64,000 nt of DNA from Thermoanaerobaculia bacterium (GTDB lineage Bacteria > Acidobacteriota > Thermoanaerobaculia > Multivoradales > JAHZIX01), in the NCBI GenBank assembly GCA_027069135.1, contig JALXFE010000182.1, positions 67,175 to 131,174 of the forward strand, read 5' to 3'. Shown here one piece after another: positions 1 to 9,380 of this stretch. Position 1 is the first letter of the stretch, and each line of letters opens with the position of its first letter. The notes under the pieces were generated by a model that worked only from the letters and a program-made list of their open reading frames with translations, had not been told where the DNA came from and did not search any database. A program made the translations under genes and the position numbers.

Positions 1-1186
1 CATCCTGTTGGGCAACTATTTCAAAGCCGAGAACCTCCTCGATCTCAAGACTCGGAATGTCCTGCCGAACGATCTGGACCGGGCGACCAACGGCGGCGGG
101 GTTACGTTCTGGCTCAACGTGGCGAAGGCCGAGGCCCCCGGTGGCCGAGCCTTCGAGGAACGAACCGTCGAGGCTGGATTGGCCCACCACACCGGGTGGA
201 CCCTGGATCTGGGCCACGGCGATCTGGACAACGATGGCGACCAGGATTTCTATCTGGCCGGGGATTACGGGACGGATCGGTTGTTTATGAACCGAGGGGA
301 CGGCCGATTCAAAGATGTGACGGCCACAGCGATCGGTTTTGATACCCGCAAGGGAATGAACGTCGACATGGGGGATTACAACCGGGACGGCTACCTCGAT
401 ATCTACGTGACCAACATCACGGACGAGTACATGAAGGAATGCAACATGCTGTGGCACAACAACGGGGACGGAACCTTCGTGGATCTGTCGAGGGAGACCG
501 GGACCTGCGACACGGATTGGGGGTGGGCCGGAAAGTTCGCGGATTTTGACAACGACGGCTGGGAAGATCTCTTCGTTGTGAACGGCCTTCGTTCCGCCGG
601 GGAGCGCAATTACATCCCGGCCCTCCTGGAAATGATCGTGACCCCGAACGTCGATTTTTCCGATATCGACAGCTATCCGGATATCGGGAATATGACCTGG
701 AGTGGCTATCAGAAGCAGCGGCTCTTTCACAATCTCTCGGACGGCACCTTCAAGGAGGTCGCCGGAGCGGCGGGGGTGGACAATGACCTCGACGGTCGGG
801 GTGTCGGCATCGGCGACTTCGACAACGACGGCCGGCTCGATATATACCAGACCAACGCCAACCAGCCCGCCTTGATGTTCCACAACATCGCCGAAAAAAG
901 CGGGCATTGGCTGCAGGTGCAGCTCCGAGGCACGGTGTCGAATCGCGACGCCATCGGAGCCCGGGTGACCCTACGCTCCGGCGGAGTGTCCCAACTGCGG
1001 GAGGTCAACGGTGGCAACGGGTATGCCAGTCAGGAGACCTCCCGACTGCATTTTGGCCTAGGAGCTGCAACCAAAATCGAGTCGTTGGAGATTCGCTGGC
1101 CTTCCGGGATCCTCCAGACCCTGCGGCCGACCCGGGTGGACACTCTCCTCATCATCGACGAAACGCGAAAGGCGGCGAGCTCCTGA
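1..1186 (+). CDS. FG-GAP/VCBS-repeat protein with C-terminal ASPIC/UnbV domain (CRTAC1-like). 5' end lies outside the window.
   Basis: Open frame from the window edge with no start inside. Repeated Dx[DN]xDGxxD calcium-binding-like motifs (DLDNDGDQD, DFDNDGWEDL, DFDNDGRLD). C-terminal '...RDAIGARVTL...GGNGYASQETSRLHFGLG...IRWPSG' is typical of the ASPIC/UnbV domain. Stop TGA at 1184-1186. Confidence 0.8.
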   Translation, partial: ILLGNYFKAENLLDLKTRNVLPNDLDRATNGGGVTFWLNVAKAEAPGGRAFEERTVEAGLAHHTGWTLDLGHGDLDNDGDQDFYLAGDYGTDRLFMNRGDGRFKDVTATAIGFDTRKGMNVDMGDYNRDGYLDIYVTNITDEYMKECNMLWHNNGDGTFVDLSRETGTCDTDWGWAGKFADFDNDGWEDLFVVNGLRSAGERNYIPALLEMIVTPNVDFSDIDSYPDIGNMTWSGYQKQRLFHNLSDGTFKEVAGAAGVDNDLDGRGVGIGDFDNDGRLDIYQTNANQPALMFHNIAEKSGHWLQVQLRGTVSNRDAIGARVTLRSGGVSQLREVNGGNGYASQETSRLHFGLGAATKIESLEIRWPSGILQTLRPTRVDTLLIIDETRKAASS

Positions 1187-4100
1187 TGGCTATCGATAGG
1201 GCTCGTTCCCAGAGGCTGTTTCTGGCCGTTGCATGCTTGGTCCTCGGGGCGACGGTAGGGCCGGTACTCAGGGTCGGGGCAACGAATTCTGTGGAAGAAA
1301 AGCTGTGGCAGCACCGCAATCTCGGAAAGGCCTTCTACGAGAATCCGGCGACGCAATACGAAGCCGTGAGTGAATTGCGCAAGGCTCTGGAGCTCGCACC
1401 GAGCTCGGCGATAGAGAGGGTCAACTACGGGCTCTCCCTGCTCCGGGCCGGCCAGGAAGCCGAAGGCATCGTGGAGTTGGAGAAAGCCCAGAAGCAGGAC
1501 CCTTCGATCCCCCATACCTGGTTCAACCTGGGGATTGCCTACAAGAAGGCCTCGCGCTATGACGATGCCCGCCGGCAACTCGAGGGGATGATCGCTCGGG
1601 TACCGGACGATGCCATCGCCCACTACAACCTCGGGATCCTCTTCAAGCTCGACGGCAATCTGGAGAAGGCCCTGTTCCACCTGCAGCGCGCCGCCCGCCT
1701 CGACCCGACGTTGGCGGGGCCCCATTTTCAGTTGGCGACGGCCTATCGTCAGGCGAAACGGCCGGAGGATACCCGGCGCGCCATGCAGCGCTTTCGTGAG
1801 ATCAAGGCGAAGAAAGGCGACACTACGGAAGATCTGGAGTGGAGCTTCTACTCGGAGCTGGCGGAGGCTCGGCTGCCGGAGCATGCCAAGGCGGTCGGCA
1901 AGGTGGTGTCCCTGCGCCTCGGGGCGGTGGAGGTCTCGGGCGGCTTCGACCCGGGCAGCTCAGGCCTCGTGATCCTGGACCTCGATGGCGACGGAGGCCG
2001 GGACCTGATCGCCTGGTCGAAGGCGGGTATCAAAGCCTTTCGGGACGCCGCGACGAAGGCCCAAGTCGGGCTCGGGAACCTCGAGGGGATTCTCGATATA
2101 GCACCGGCGGATTTCGACAACGACGGATTGACGGATCTCGCGGTGGTTCAAAAGAGTGGGCCGAAGCTGTGGGTCAATACGGGAGGTCGGTTTCGAGCCA
2201 GCCCGACGGAGATGCCCAAGGGCAGCTTTCGGCGTGTCCTTTGGCTGGATGACGATCACGACTACGATCTCGACCTGTTCCTGCTCGGTAGGAGCTCCGC
2301 CCGCTTACGCAACCGGGGGGCGGCCGGGTTTTCTGACGAGACGTCCGGCTTCCCCTTCGCTGCGGGCAACGCGACCGATGCTGTCGTCTTCGACCTCCTC
2401 GCCGACACCCAGGGCTTCGATCTGGCGGTGGTGTACTCCGACCGGCCGGCGGTTCTTTATCGGGACCGCCTAGGGGGTCGCTACGAACGTCAGGAGTTGG
2501 GAGCCGAGCTCCCGGCGGCACGTCGGATCATCGCCCACGACTACGACCACGACAGCTGGACCGACCTGATCGCCGCGGGGGAGCGGGGCCTGGTGCTGCT
2601 CCACAACCAGCAGGCCGGAGGGCTACACCATCGAAAGCTGGTGGCCGTCGCCGGGCCCGAGGTCACGACCTCGGCCCTGGGCTTCGCGGATCTGGAGAAC
2701 CGCGGCGTCAGCGACCTCCTGACGACCGCCGGAGTGCACCGCAACCAGGGCCTTGGCCGCTTCGCCGCGGTCGGCTCGGACCTGGAAGGGACATCCGCCG
2801 TTGCGAGTGCGGATTTCGACGGGGACGGGCGCATCGACCTTGCGACCATCGACGGACGCGGCTCCCTGAAAGTCTGGCGCAACACCACCGAGGGCGGCGG
2901 CTGGCTTGAGGTACGCCTCGAAGGCGTCAAGAACACCCTCCTGGCACAGGGTGCCGAAATCGAAGTCAAGGCCGGCACGCGGTACCAGAAGAAAAGCTAT
3001 CAGGGCACGGCTGTGCACTTCGGTCTGGGGGACGCGAGCCGTGCGGATACGGTGCGCATCACTTGGCCCAATGGCATGATCCAGAACGAAGCTCGCCAAC
3101 CGGGCAACCGGGCGTTCGTCTACAAGGAAGCCCAACGTCTCTCCGGTTCCTGCCCGATGGTCTTTACCTGGAACGGGAAGGGCTTCGAATTCATCACCGA
3201 CGTCCTGGGTGTCGCGCCCCTGGGGGCTGCGGCGGGGGACGGGGAGTACTTTCCCGTGGACCATGACGAATACATCTGGATTCCGGGCAGCTCCCTGGTT
3301 CCGAGAAATGATCGCTACGAGATCCGAATCACCGAGGAGCTTCGAGAGATCGCCTACCTGGACGAGATCCGGTTGATCCCCGTCGATCATCCCGAAGACG
3401 AGGAAATCTTTCATAACGATAAATTCAAGGGTCCTCCCTTTCCGGACTTCCGCCTCTTCGCCGCAGACGAGCGGATCTACCCGGTCGCCGCGCGGGATCA
3501 ACTGCGCCGGGAGGTCCGAGATCGCCTCCTGGCCGCCGACGGGGCCTACGTTGATGGCTTTCGGCGGAATTATTCCGGAATCGGTGAGATGCATACCTTG
3601 GAGCTGGATTTCGCTCCCACGACGGACGCGGCCTCAGCGGTCCTGATCCTCTCCGGTTGGGTCGACTGGGCCGACGGCAGTACCTTCCTGGGGCTGGCCC
3701 AGGAGCGGGGTGACGGCCTTGTGATGCCCTACCTGCAGGTGCGCACACACGAAGGGGGCTGGCAAACGGTGATCGAGGATATGGGAATCCCCGCCGGCAA
3801 ACCTAAAACGATCGCGGTAGACCTCTCCGAGGCCTGGAGCAAGGGGGGGCGGCAGTTTCGCATCGTGACCAATCTCTGCCTTTATTGGGACGAGGTGTTT
3901 CTGATCGACGCCCTTACCCCGTCGGTTCGTCTCGATCCGCTGCAGGCCCAGGAGGCGAAGCTGCGGTTTCGGGGATTCTCCCGGGCGGTGGTGCATGAGA
4001 AGAGATTGCAGCCGGAGCGCTTCGTCTATGCGGATCTTAGGGCCACTTCGATGTGGAATCCGACCCCCGGCCGCTATACCCGCTACGGGGAGGTTCGTTC

Positions 4101-4437
4101 CCTGCTGTGGGCCACCGACGACCGGATGGTCATCATGGGTTCGGGGGACGAGCTAGCCCTATCCTTCGACGCCACTGCCTTGCCTCCTTTGAAGCCAGGC
4201 TGGCGTCGTGATTTCCTCCTCTTTGTCGACGGCTGGGCCAAGGACGGTGATGCCAATACGGCTCACTCACAAACCGTGGAACCCCTTCCGTACCATCGCA
4301 TGCCCCAATATCCCTACGCCGAGCCCGACTCTTTTCCCGACGGCGAGCCCTACCGGCGATACCGGCGAGATTTTAATTCCCGACCCGCCCTCCGATTGAT
4401 TCGACCGTTGGCCGAAAGGAGAGCCCTCGAGCGATGA
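1186..4437 (+). CDS. Large secreted/membrane-anchored protein: N-terminal signal anchor, TPR repeats, FG-GAP repeats, ASPIC/UnbV domain, ~440-aa uncharacterised C-terminal extension.
   Basis: ATG at 1186 overlaps the upstream stop (TGATG). The ORF-track start at 907 would overlap gene 1 and is rejected. Hydrophobic N-terminus 'RLFLAVACLVLGATVG'. TPR-like helices (NLGIAYKKASRYDDARRQLE...AHYNLGILFKLDGNLEKA). FG-GAP motifs (DLDGDGGRD, DFDNDGLTD, DFDGDGRIDL). UnbV signature '...GAEIEVKAGTRYQKKSYQGTAVHFGLG...ITWPNG'. The stop overlaps the next start (ATGA). Confidence 0.8.
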   Translation: MAIDRARSQRLFLAVACLVLGATVGPVLRVGATNSVEEKLWQHRNLGKAFYENPATQYEAVSELRKALELAPSSAIERVNYGLSLLRAGQEAEGIVELEKAQKQDPSIPHTWFNLGIAYKKASRYDDARRQLEGMIARVPDDAIAHYNLGILFKLDGNLEKALFHLQRAARLDPTLAGPHFQLATAYRQAKRPEDTRRAMQRFREIKAKKGDTTEDLEWSFYSELAEARLPEHAKAVGKVVSLRLGAVEVSGGFDPGSSGLVILDLDGDGGRDLIAWSKAGIKAFRDAATKAQVGLGNLEGILDIAPADFDNDGLTDLAVVQKSGPKLWVNTGGRFRASPTEMPKGSFRRVLWLDDDHDYDLDLFLLGRSSARLRNRGAAGFSDETSGFPFAAGNATDAVVFDLLADTQGFDLAVVYSDRPAVLYRDRLGGRYERQELGAELPAARRIIAHDYDHDSWTDLIAAGERGLVLLHNQQAGGLHHRKLVAVAGPEVTTSALGFADLENRGVSDLLTTAGVHRNQGLGRFAAVGSDLEGTSAVASADFDGDGRIDLATIDGRGSLKVWRNTTEGGGWLEVRLEGVKNTLLAQGAEIEVKAGTRYQKKSYQGTAVHFGLGDASRADTVRITWPNGMIQNEARQPGNRAFVYKEAQRLSGSCPMVFTWNGKGFEFITDVLGVAPLGAAAGDGEYFPVDHDEYIWIPGSSLVPRNDRYEIRITEELREIAYLDEIRLIPVDHPEDEEIFHNDKFKGPPFPDFRLFAADERIYPVAARDQLRREVRDRLLAADGAYVDGFRRNYSGIGEMHTLELDFAPTTDAASAVLILSGWVDWADGSTFLGLAQERGDGLVMPYLQVRTHEGGWQTVIEDMGIPAGKPKTIAVDLSEAWSKGGRQFRIVTNLCLYWDEVFLIDALTPSVRLDPLQAQEAKLRFRGFSRAVVHEKRLQPERFVYADLRATSMWNPTPGRYTRYGEVRSLLWATDDRMVIMGSGDELALSFDATALPPLKPGWRRDFLLFVDGWAKDGDANTAHSQTVEPLPYHRMPQYPYAEPDSFPDGEPYRRYRRDFNSRPALRLIRPLAERRALER

Positions 4438-7391
4438 GCACACCAGAAAGTCCCAAGAGCCGCCCGAAGACCGCCGTCCGGGCCAAGAGGCCCAAGGCTT
4501 TACCGCCGGGCTTCAAGCGCCGCCGGCCCGCCCTGGGACGGCGTTTGACCAAGTTGCTCTCCTTCGTCTTCGCCCTCTTCGCGCTCTTGGCGATCAATTC
4601 CACCTACCTGGTGGGGGTGTCGGTGATGGAATGGTGGAACGGCGAGACCTACCAGAACTGGTTCTATCTGAATATGTTTCTTGTGCACCTGCTCCTGGGT
4701 GCCCTGATCCTGTTTCCCATCCTGGTGTTCGGTGTCTGGCATTTCCGGAACACCTACGAGCGGCCCAATCGGCGAGCCGTCAAGGTCGGCGTCGCTCTAT
4801 TTGGATGCTCCCTCGTCCTGCTCGCCAGCGGCATCGTCTTGACGAGGTTGGAAGGGTTGATCGTCGTCAAAGATCCACAGATTCGTTCCATCGCCTATTG
4901 GGCCCATGTGATCACTCCTATTCTCGTGGCCTGGCTTTTCGTCCTGCACCGTCTCGCGGGGAAACGGATTCGGTGGAAAGTCGGCCGGCGGTGGGCCACC
5001 GTGGCGGCGGTGTTTGCCGCCTCCATGCTGCTCTGGCAGGCCCAGGATCCTCGAAGTTGGAACGTCGAGGGGCCGGCTACCGGGGAACAGTATTTCTTCC
5101 CGTCTCTTTCGCGCACCGCGACAGGTGACTTCATTCCGGAAGAGGTCCTGATGAACGATCAATATTGTCTCGAATGTCACGAGGACAGCCATGAGACCTG
5201 GGCCGTTTCCGCGCATCGCTTCAGCTCATTCAATAACCCCGCCTATCTCTTTTCGGTACGCGAGACGAGACGGGTCGCTTTCGAGCGGGACGGTGATGTT
5301 CACGCTTCCCGATTTTGCGCCGGCTGCCACGACCCGGTGGTGTTTTTCTCAGGCAAGTTTGACGATCCGGAATTCGATGACGAGAGCGATCCGACGGGTC
5401 AAGCGGGGATCACTTGCACTGCCTGTCATGCGATCACCCATGTGAACAGTCCGCGGGGGAATTCCGACTACACGATCGAAGAACCGGTGCACTATCCCTT
5501 TGCCTTTGCGGAGAACAAGAGTCTGCGGTGGATCAACCGGCAGCTGGTCAAGGCCAAGCCGGAGTTCCACAAAAAGACTTTCTTGAAACCGCTGCACAAA
5601 TCGCCGGAGTTCTGCGGTACCTGTCATAAGGTCCATCTTCCCGAGGAGTTGAACAAGTACAAATGGCTGAGGGCTCAGAATCACTACGACTCCTATCATC
5701 TCTCGGGGGTCTCCGGGCACGGCGTCAGCAGCTTTTATTATCCCGAGAAGGCCGAGGAGAGCTGCAACGGCTGCCATATGGAGTTGCAGCCCTCGGAGCA
5801 ATTCGCCGCCGCGAGCTTCGACACCTCCGGGGAACGAACGATCCACGACCATCAATTCCCCAGCGCGAACTCGGCGATTCCTCACTTGCTCGACATGCCA
5901 AGTTGGGTCTTGGAGCGTCACCGCGCATTTAACGTCGGGGCCATGAGGCTCGATATCTTCGGCCTCCGGGAGGAGGGGCGGATCGACGGCGAACAGATGG
6001 CTCCATTACGCCCTGAGGTTCCGACTGTCAAGCCCGGCGAAACGTACCTTCTGGACGTCGTCATCCGGACCCTGAAGCTGGGCCATCATTTCACCCAGGG
6101 GACGACGGATTCAAACGAAATATGGCTTGACGTTCGGGTGACCGGTCAGCGTGCCACCGGCATCGAGACCTTTGGCCGGAGCGGTGGCCTGGGGGCGCGG
6201 AATCAAGTCGATCCCTGGTCTCATTTTGTAAACTCCTATGTTCTCGATCGTCATGGACATCGTATCGATCGGCGCAACGCTCAAGATATTTTCGTCTCCC
6301 TCTACAACCACCAAATTCCGCCGGGAGCTGCATCGACGATCCACTATCGTCTGGAGGTTCCGGAGGATGTCCGCGGACCGATCACCATCGAGGCGGACCT
6401 CTACTACCGCAAATTCGATACCCGGTTCATGGAGCATCTCTCAGACAGCGGCTCAGCCGTCAACGAGCTTCCAGTGTTGAGGCTGGCTTCCGACCGCATC
6501 GTTCTACCCGTCGCGGGAGTCGGAGTCGAGATCGCCGGATCTTCTTCTCCGATTCCCGAGTGGGAGCGCTGGAACGACTACGGGATCGGTCTGTTGCTCA
6601 AGGGGGGGAAGACCAAGGGGGAGCTGCGGCAGGCCGAGGAAGCCTTTCGACGGGTTGAAGCCCTGGGCCGTCCGGAGGGTCCGCTGAATCTCGCTCGGGT
6701 CTACATCGCCCAGGGTACGGTGCGAGACGAGGCCATTGAGGCTCTCGACCGTGCCGCGTCCTTCGATCCTCCAGCGCCACCGTGGACCGTCGCGTGGTTC
6801 ACGGGAATCGTCAACAAACAGAATGGATTCCTCGACAAGGCGATCGCGAACTTCGAATCCATCGTCGCTCTCGACACGGCGGAAACTCGGGATCGCGGGT
6901 TCGATTTTTCCCAGGACTACCGCCTTCTCAACGAGCTGGGGCAGACTCTATTCGAACGAGCCAAGGCGGAGCGGGGGGAGGCTAGAGCCGCCGCCCGGGC
7001 CAGCCTGTTGAACAAGGCGGCGCAACGATTCGAGCAGACGTTGGCGTTGGACCCGGAGAACACCACGGCTCTGTACAACCTCGACCTCGTCTACCGTCAG
7101 CTGGGCCAAGCCGAGGCGGCGGCCCGGTACCGCGATCTCTACCTGGTCTACAAGAGCGACGACAACGCCCGGGATCGGGTGCTGACCATCGCCCGGCGAC
7201 AGGATCCTGCGGCGAATCACAGCGCCGAGGCCATCGTGATTTATGACTTGCACCGCGAGGGTGCTTCGGAGCTGGGGGGGCTCAGTCGTCGGGTGGAGGC
7301 CTTCGTGCTCACGCCTACCGAGTCCCGTCGTACCGAAGAGCCGAAAGTGGCCTCCCTCGGTATCCGAGATCTGGAGGATTCTGAGCGATGA
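4434..7391 (+). CDS. Membrane-anchored multiheme (5x CxxCH) c-type cytochrome with C-terminal TPR repeats.
   Basis: Five predicted TM helices within the first ~200 aa. Five heme-binding motifs: CLECH, CAGCH, CTACH, CGTCH, CNGCH. C-terminal TPR-like region (NLARVYIAQG..., ALYNLDLVYRQLGQAEAA). ATGA overlaps with both neighbouring genes. Confidence 0.8.
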   Translation: MSTPESPKSRPKTAVRAKRPKALPPGFKRRRPALGRRLTKLLSFVFALFALLAINSTYLVGVSVMEWWNGETYQNWFYLNMFLVHLLLGALILFPILVFGVWHFRNTYERPNRRAVKVGVALFGCSLVLLASGIVLTRLEGLIVVKDPQIRSIAYWAHVITPILVAWLFVLHRLAGKRIRWKVGRRWATVAAVFAASMLLWQAQDPRSWNVEGPATGEQYFFPSLSRTATGDFIPEEVLMNDQYCLECHEDSHETWAVSAHRFSSFNNPAYLFSVRETRRVAFERDGDVHASRFCAGCHDPVVFFSGKFDDPEFDDESDPTGQAGITCTACHAITHVNSPRGNSDYTIEEPVHYPFAFAENKSLRWINRQLVKAKPEFHKKTFLKPLHKSPEFCGTCHKVHLPEELNKYKWLRAQNHYDSYHLSGVSGHGVSSFYYPEKAEESCNGCHMELQPSEQFAAASFDTSGERTIHDHQFPSANSAIPHLLDMPSWVLERHRAFNVGAMRLDIFGLREEGRIDGEQMAPLRPEVPTVKPGETYLLDVVIRTLKLGHHFTQGTTDSNEIWLDVRVTGQRATGIETFGRSGGLGARNQVDPWSHFVNSYVLDRHGHRIDRRNAQDIFVSLYNHQIPPGAASTIHYRLEVPEDVRGPITIEADLYYRKFDTRFMEHLSDSGSAVNELPVLRLASDRIVLPVAGVGVEIAGSSSPIPEWERWNDYGIGLLLKGGKTKGELRQAEEAFRRVEALGRPEGPLNLARVYIAQGTVRDEAIEALDRAASFDPPAPPWTVAWFTGIVNKQNGFLDKAIANFESIVALDTAETRDRGFDFSQDYRLLNELGQTLFERAKAERGEARAAARASLLNKAAQRFEQTLALDPENTTALYNLDLVYRQLGQAEAAARYRDLYLVYKSDDNARDRVLTIARRQDPAANHSAEAIVIYDLHREGASELGGLSRRVEAFVLTPTESRRTEEPKVASLGIRDLEDSER

Positions 7392-9286
7392 AACTCTTTG
7401 AGGAAGTCTCCGCCGAAACGTCCACCGACGGTCCACCGCCTGAAGCCTCCCTGCCCGGGGGCGAGGATTGGGAGGTGGTACCTGAGGACGAGGTCCAAGA
7501 TGACGAGATCATCGGCCGCGTCTTCAAGGCTTCTCTGTGGGTCATAGCCGCGGTCATCGTGGGCCTCGGGGCCTTTTTTCTCTTCAGCCAGGACGAGGCC
7601 CTCAGCGAGGAGCGCTCGATCACCGTGGCGGCGCCGGAGGCGATTGGTGAAATCTCGGCGACACCGACGATGCCTTTCAGCGACGTTACCCAAGAGGCTC
7701 GGATCGACTTTGTTCACAACAACGGCGCCTACGGAGACAAGTTGTTGCCGGAGTCTTTGGGCGGCGGCGTCGCCTTTCTGGATTTCGATTCCGACGGTGA
7801 CCAGGATCTCCTTTTTGTCGATAGCGGGGAGTGGGCTCACCAGTCGTCGGTCCTCGAGCCTCCGGTGGCTCTTTATCGCAATGAAGGCGGTTTTCGCTTC
7901 ACCGATGTGACTCGTAGGGCGGGCCTAGAGGATCTGACCTCCACCGGGTCCTATGGCATGGGGGTGGCAGTTGGTGATTACGACGGGGACGGCGATCCCG
8001 ATCTTTTCCTGACGGCCGTCGGATCCAACCGATTGCTGCGCAACGACAGCGGCAGATTTCTCGACGTGACGGACAAGGCCGGGGTTGCCGGCCTCGAGGA
8101 CGATTGGTCCACTTCCGCGGCGTTTCTGGATGTCGATGGCGATCGGGATCTCGACCTGGTGGTCTGTAACTATGTTCGCTGGTCCAAAGAGATCGACTTC
8201 GAACTCGATTTCCGTCTGACGGGAATCGGCCGCGCTTTCGGACCACCCCAGAGCTATGAGGGCTCCTACCCCTACCTTTACCGTAACGACGGGTCCGGGG
8301 TCTTCACGGAGTTCACCGCGGAGTCCGGCTTGAAGGTCGAGAATCCGGCGACGGGAGAGCCGATGGCGAAGTCACTGGCCCTGGCGCCGGCGGATGTCGA
8401 CGGCGACGGTTGGATGGATTTCATCGTCGCCAACGACACGGTGCGCAATTTCTTCTTCCACAACCAGGGTGGGACGTTCGAGGAGATTGGCGAGGTCCTG
8501 GGAGTCGCCTACGACCGCAACGGCAATGCCACCGGCGCTATGGGCGTCGACGTCGGGCACTACCGCAACGATGGCAACCTGGGTTTCCTGATCGGCAACT
8601 TCGCCAACGAGATGAGCACGGTCTATATGAGTCAGGACGACCCGTTGTTTTACGTCGATGAGGCGATCAGCGAAGGGATCGGTGCCCCCAGCCGTAGCGT
8701 CCTGACCTTCGGTCTGTTTCTCTTCGATGCCGATCTCGACGGTCGTCTGGATCTTTTCCAGGCCAACGGCCACCTCGAAAGCGAGATTCAGGCGGTGGAT
8801 CCCAGCCAGACCTACCGGCAGGCGGCACAGATTTTCTGGAATGGCGGCGACGAGGGCTTTCTTCCTCTGGACCCGGGGGCGACAGGGGATCTGAGCCAAC
8901 CGGTCGTCGGACGGGGAGCGGCCTATGCGGACCTCGACGACGATGGCGATCTGGATATCGTACTGACCCAGGTGGCCGGCCCACCGCTGCTGCTGCGCAA
9001 CGACCAGAATTCCGGTCACCATTGGCTGCGCCTACGGCTGGTGAATCCGGGCCCCAATTGGGATGCCATCGGAGCCTGGGTTACGGTGCGCGCTGACGGC
9101 ATCTCGCAGCGGCGCCAGGTAATGCCGACACGAAGCTATCTTTCCCAGGTAGAGTTGGCCCTCACGTTCGGTTTGGGGGACAGTCCAACGGTAGAATCCG
9201 TAACGATTCTCTGGCCCGACGGGCTGGAGGAAGACTTGGGATCCCTGCCGGTGGATCGCCTCCATCGGATAGAGCGGAAACTCTAG
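7388..9286 (+). CDS. FG-GAP/ASPIC-UnbV protein with N-terminal transmembrane anchor (CRTAC1-like).
   Basis: TM segment 'LWVIAAVIVGLGAFFLF' after an acidic cytoplasmic N-terminus. Motifs DFDSDGDQD, DYDGDGDPDL, DVDGDRDLD, DLDDDGDLD. UnbV tail 'NWDAIGAWVTVRADG...LTFGLGDS...ILWPDG'. Start ATGA-coupled to the upstream gene. Confidence 0.8.
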   Translation: MKLFEEVSAETSTDGPPPEASLPGGEDWEVVPEDEVQDDEIIGRVFKASLWVIAAVIVGLGAFFLFSQDEALSEERSITVAAPEAIGEISATPTMPFSDVTQEARIDFVHNNGAYGDKLLPESLGGGVAFLDFDSDGDQDLLFVDSGEWAHQSSVLEPPVALYRNEGGFRFTDVTRRAGLEDLTSTGSYGMGVAVGDYDGDGDPDLFLTAVGSNRLLRNDSGRFLDVTDKAGVAGLEDDWSTSAAFLDVDGDRDLDLVVCNYVRWSKEIDFELDFRLTGIGRAFGPPQSYEGSYPYLYRNDGSGVFTEFTAESGLKVENPATGEPMAKSLALAPADVDGDGWMDFIVANDTVRNFFFHNQGGTFEEIGEVLGVAYDRNGNATGAMGVDVGHYRNDGNLGFLIGNFANEMSTVYMSQDDPLFYVDEAISEGIGAPSRSVLTFGLFLFDADLDGRLDLFQANGHLESEIQAVDPSQTYRQAAQIFWNGGDEGFLPLDPGATGDLSQPVVGRGAAYADLDDDGDLDIVLTQVAGPPLLLRNDQNSGHHWLRLRLVNPGPNWDAIGAWVTVRADGISQRRQVMPTRSYLSQVELALTFGLGDSPTVESVTILWPDGLEEDLGSLPVDRLHRIERKL

Positions 9287-9380
9287 AGGTCTTACCTAGG
9301 GGGCAGGTGCCGGCTTCAGCGCTCAGACCCTCGGGTGGCGGAGTCGGGATCTGCCGGATCGGCATACCTGGAGGACATCG

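Noticed and set aside
907-1185. Track-extended N-terminus of gene 2 (start at 907), and similar extensions at 33678, 52007, 52521, 58179 and 42767
   Set aside because: These extensions overlap upstream or convergent genes and lack signal peptides. Internal starts give signal peptides or lipoboxes, SD sequences and ATGA/TGATG coupling.
2623-3594. 323-aa minus-strand ORF (and 9564-10382, 12698-13813 minus-strand ORFs)
   Set aside because: Each is antisense to a plus-strand gene with clear domain signatures (FG-GAP/UnbV, P-type ATPase).
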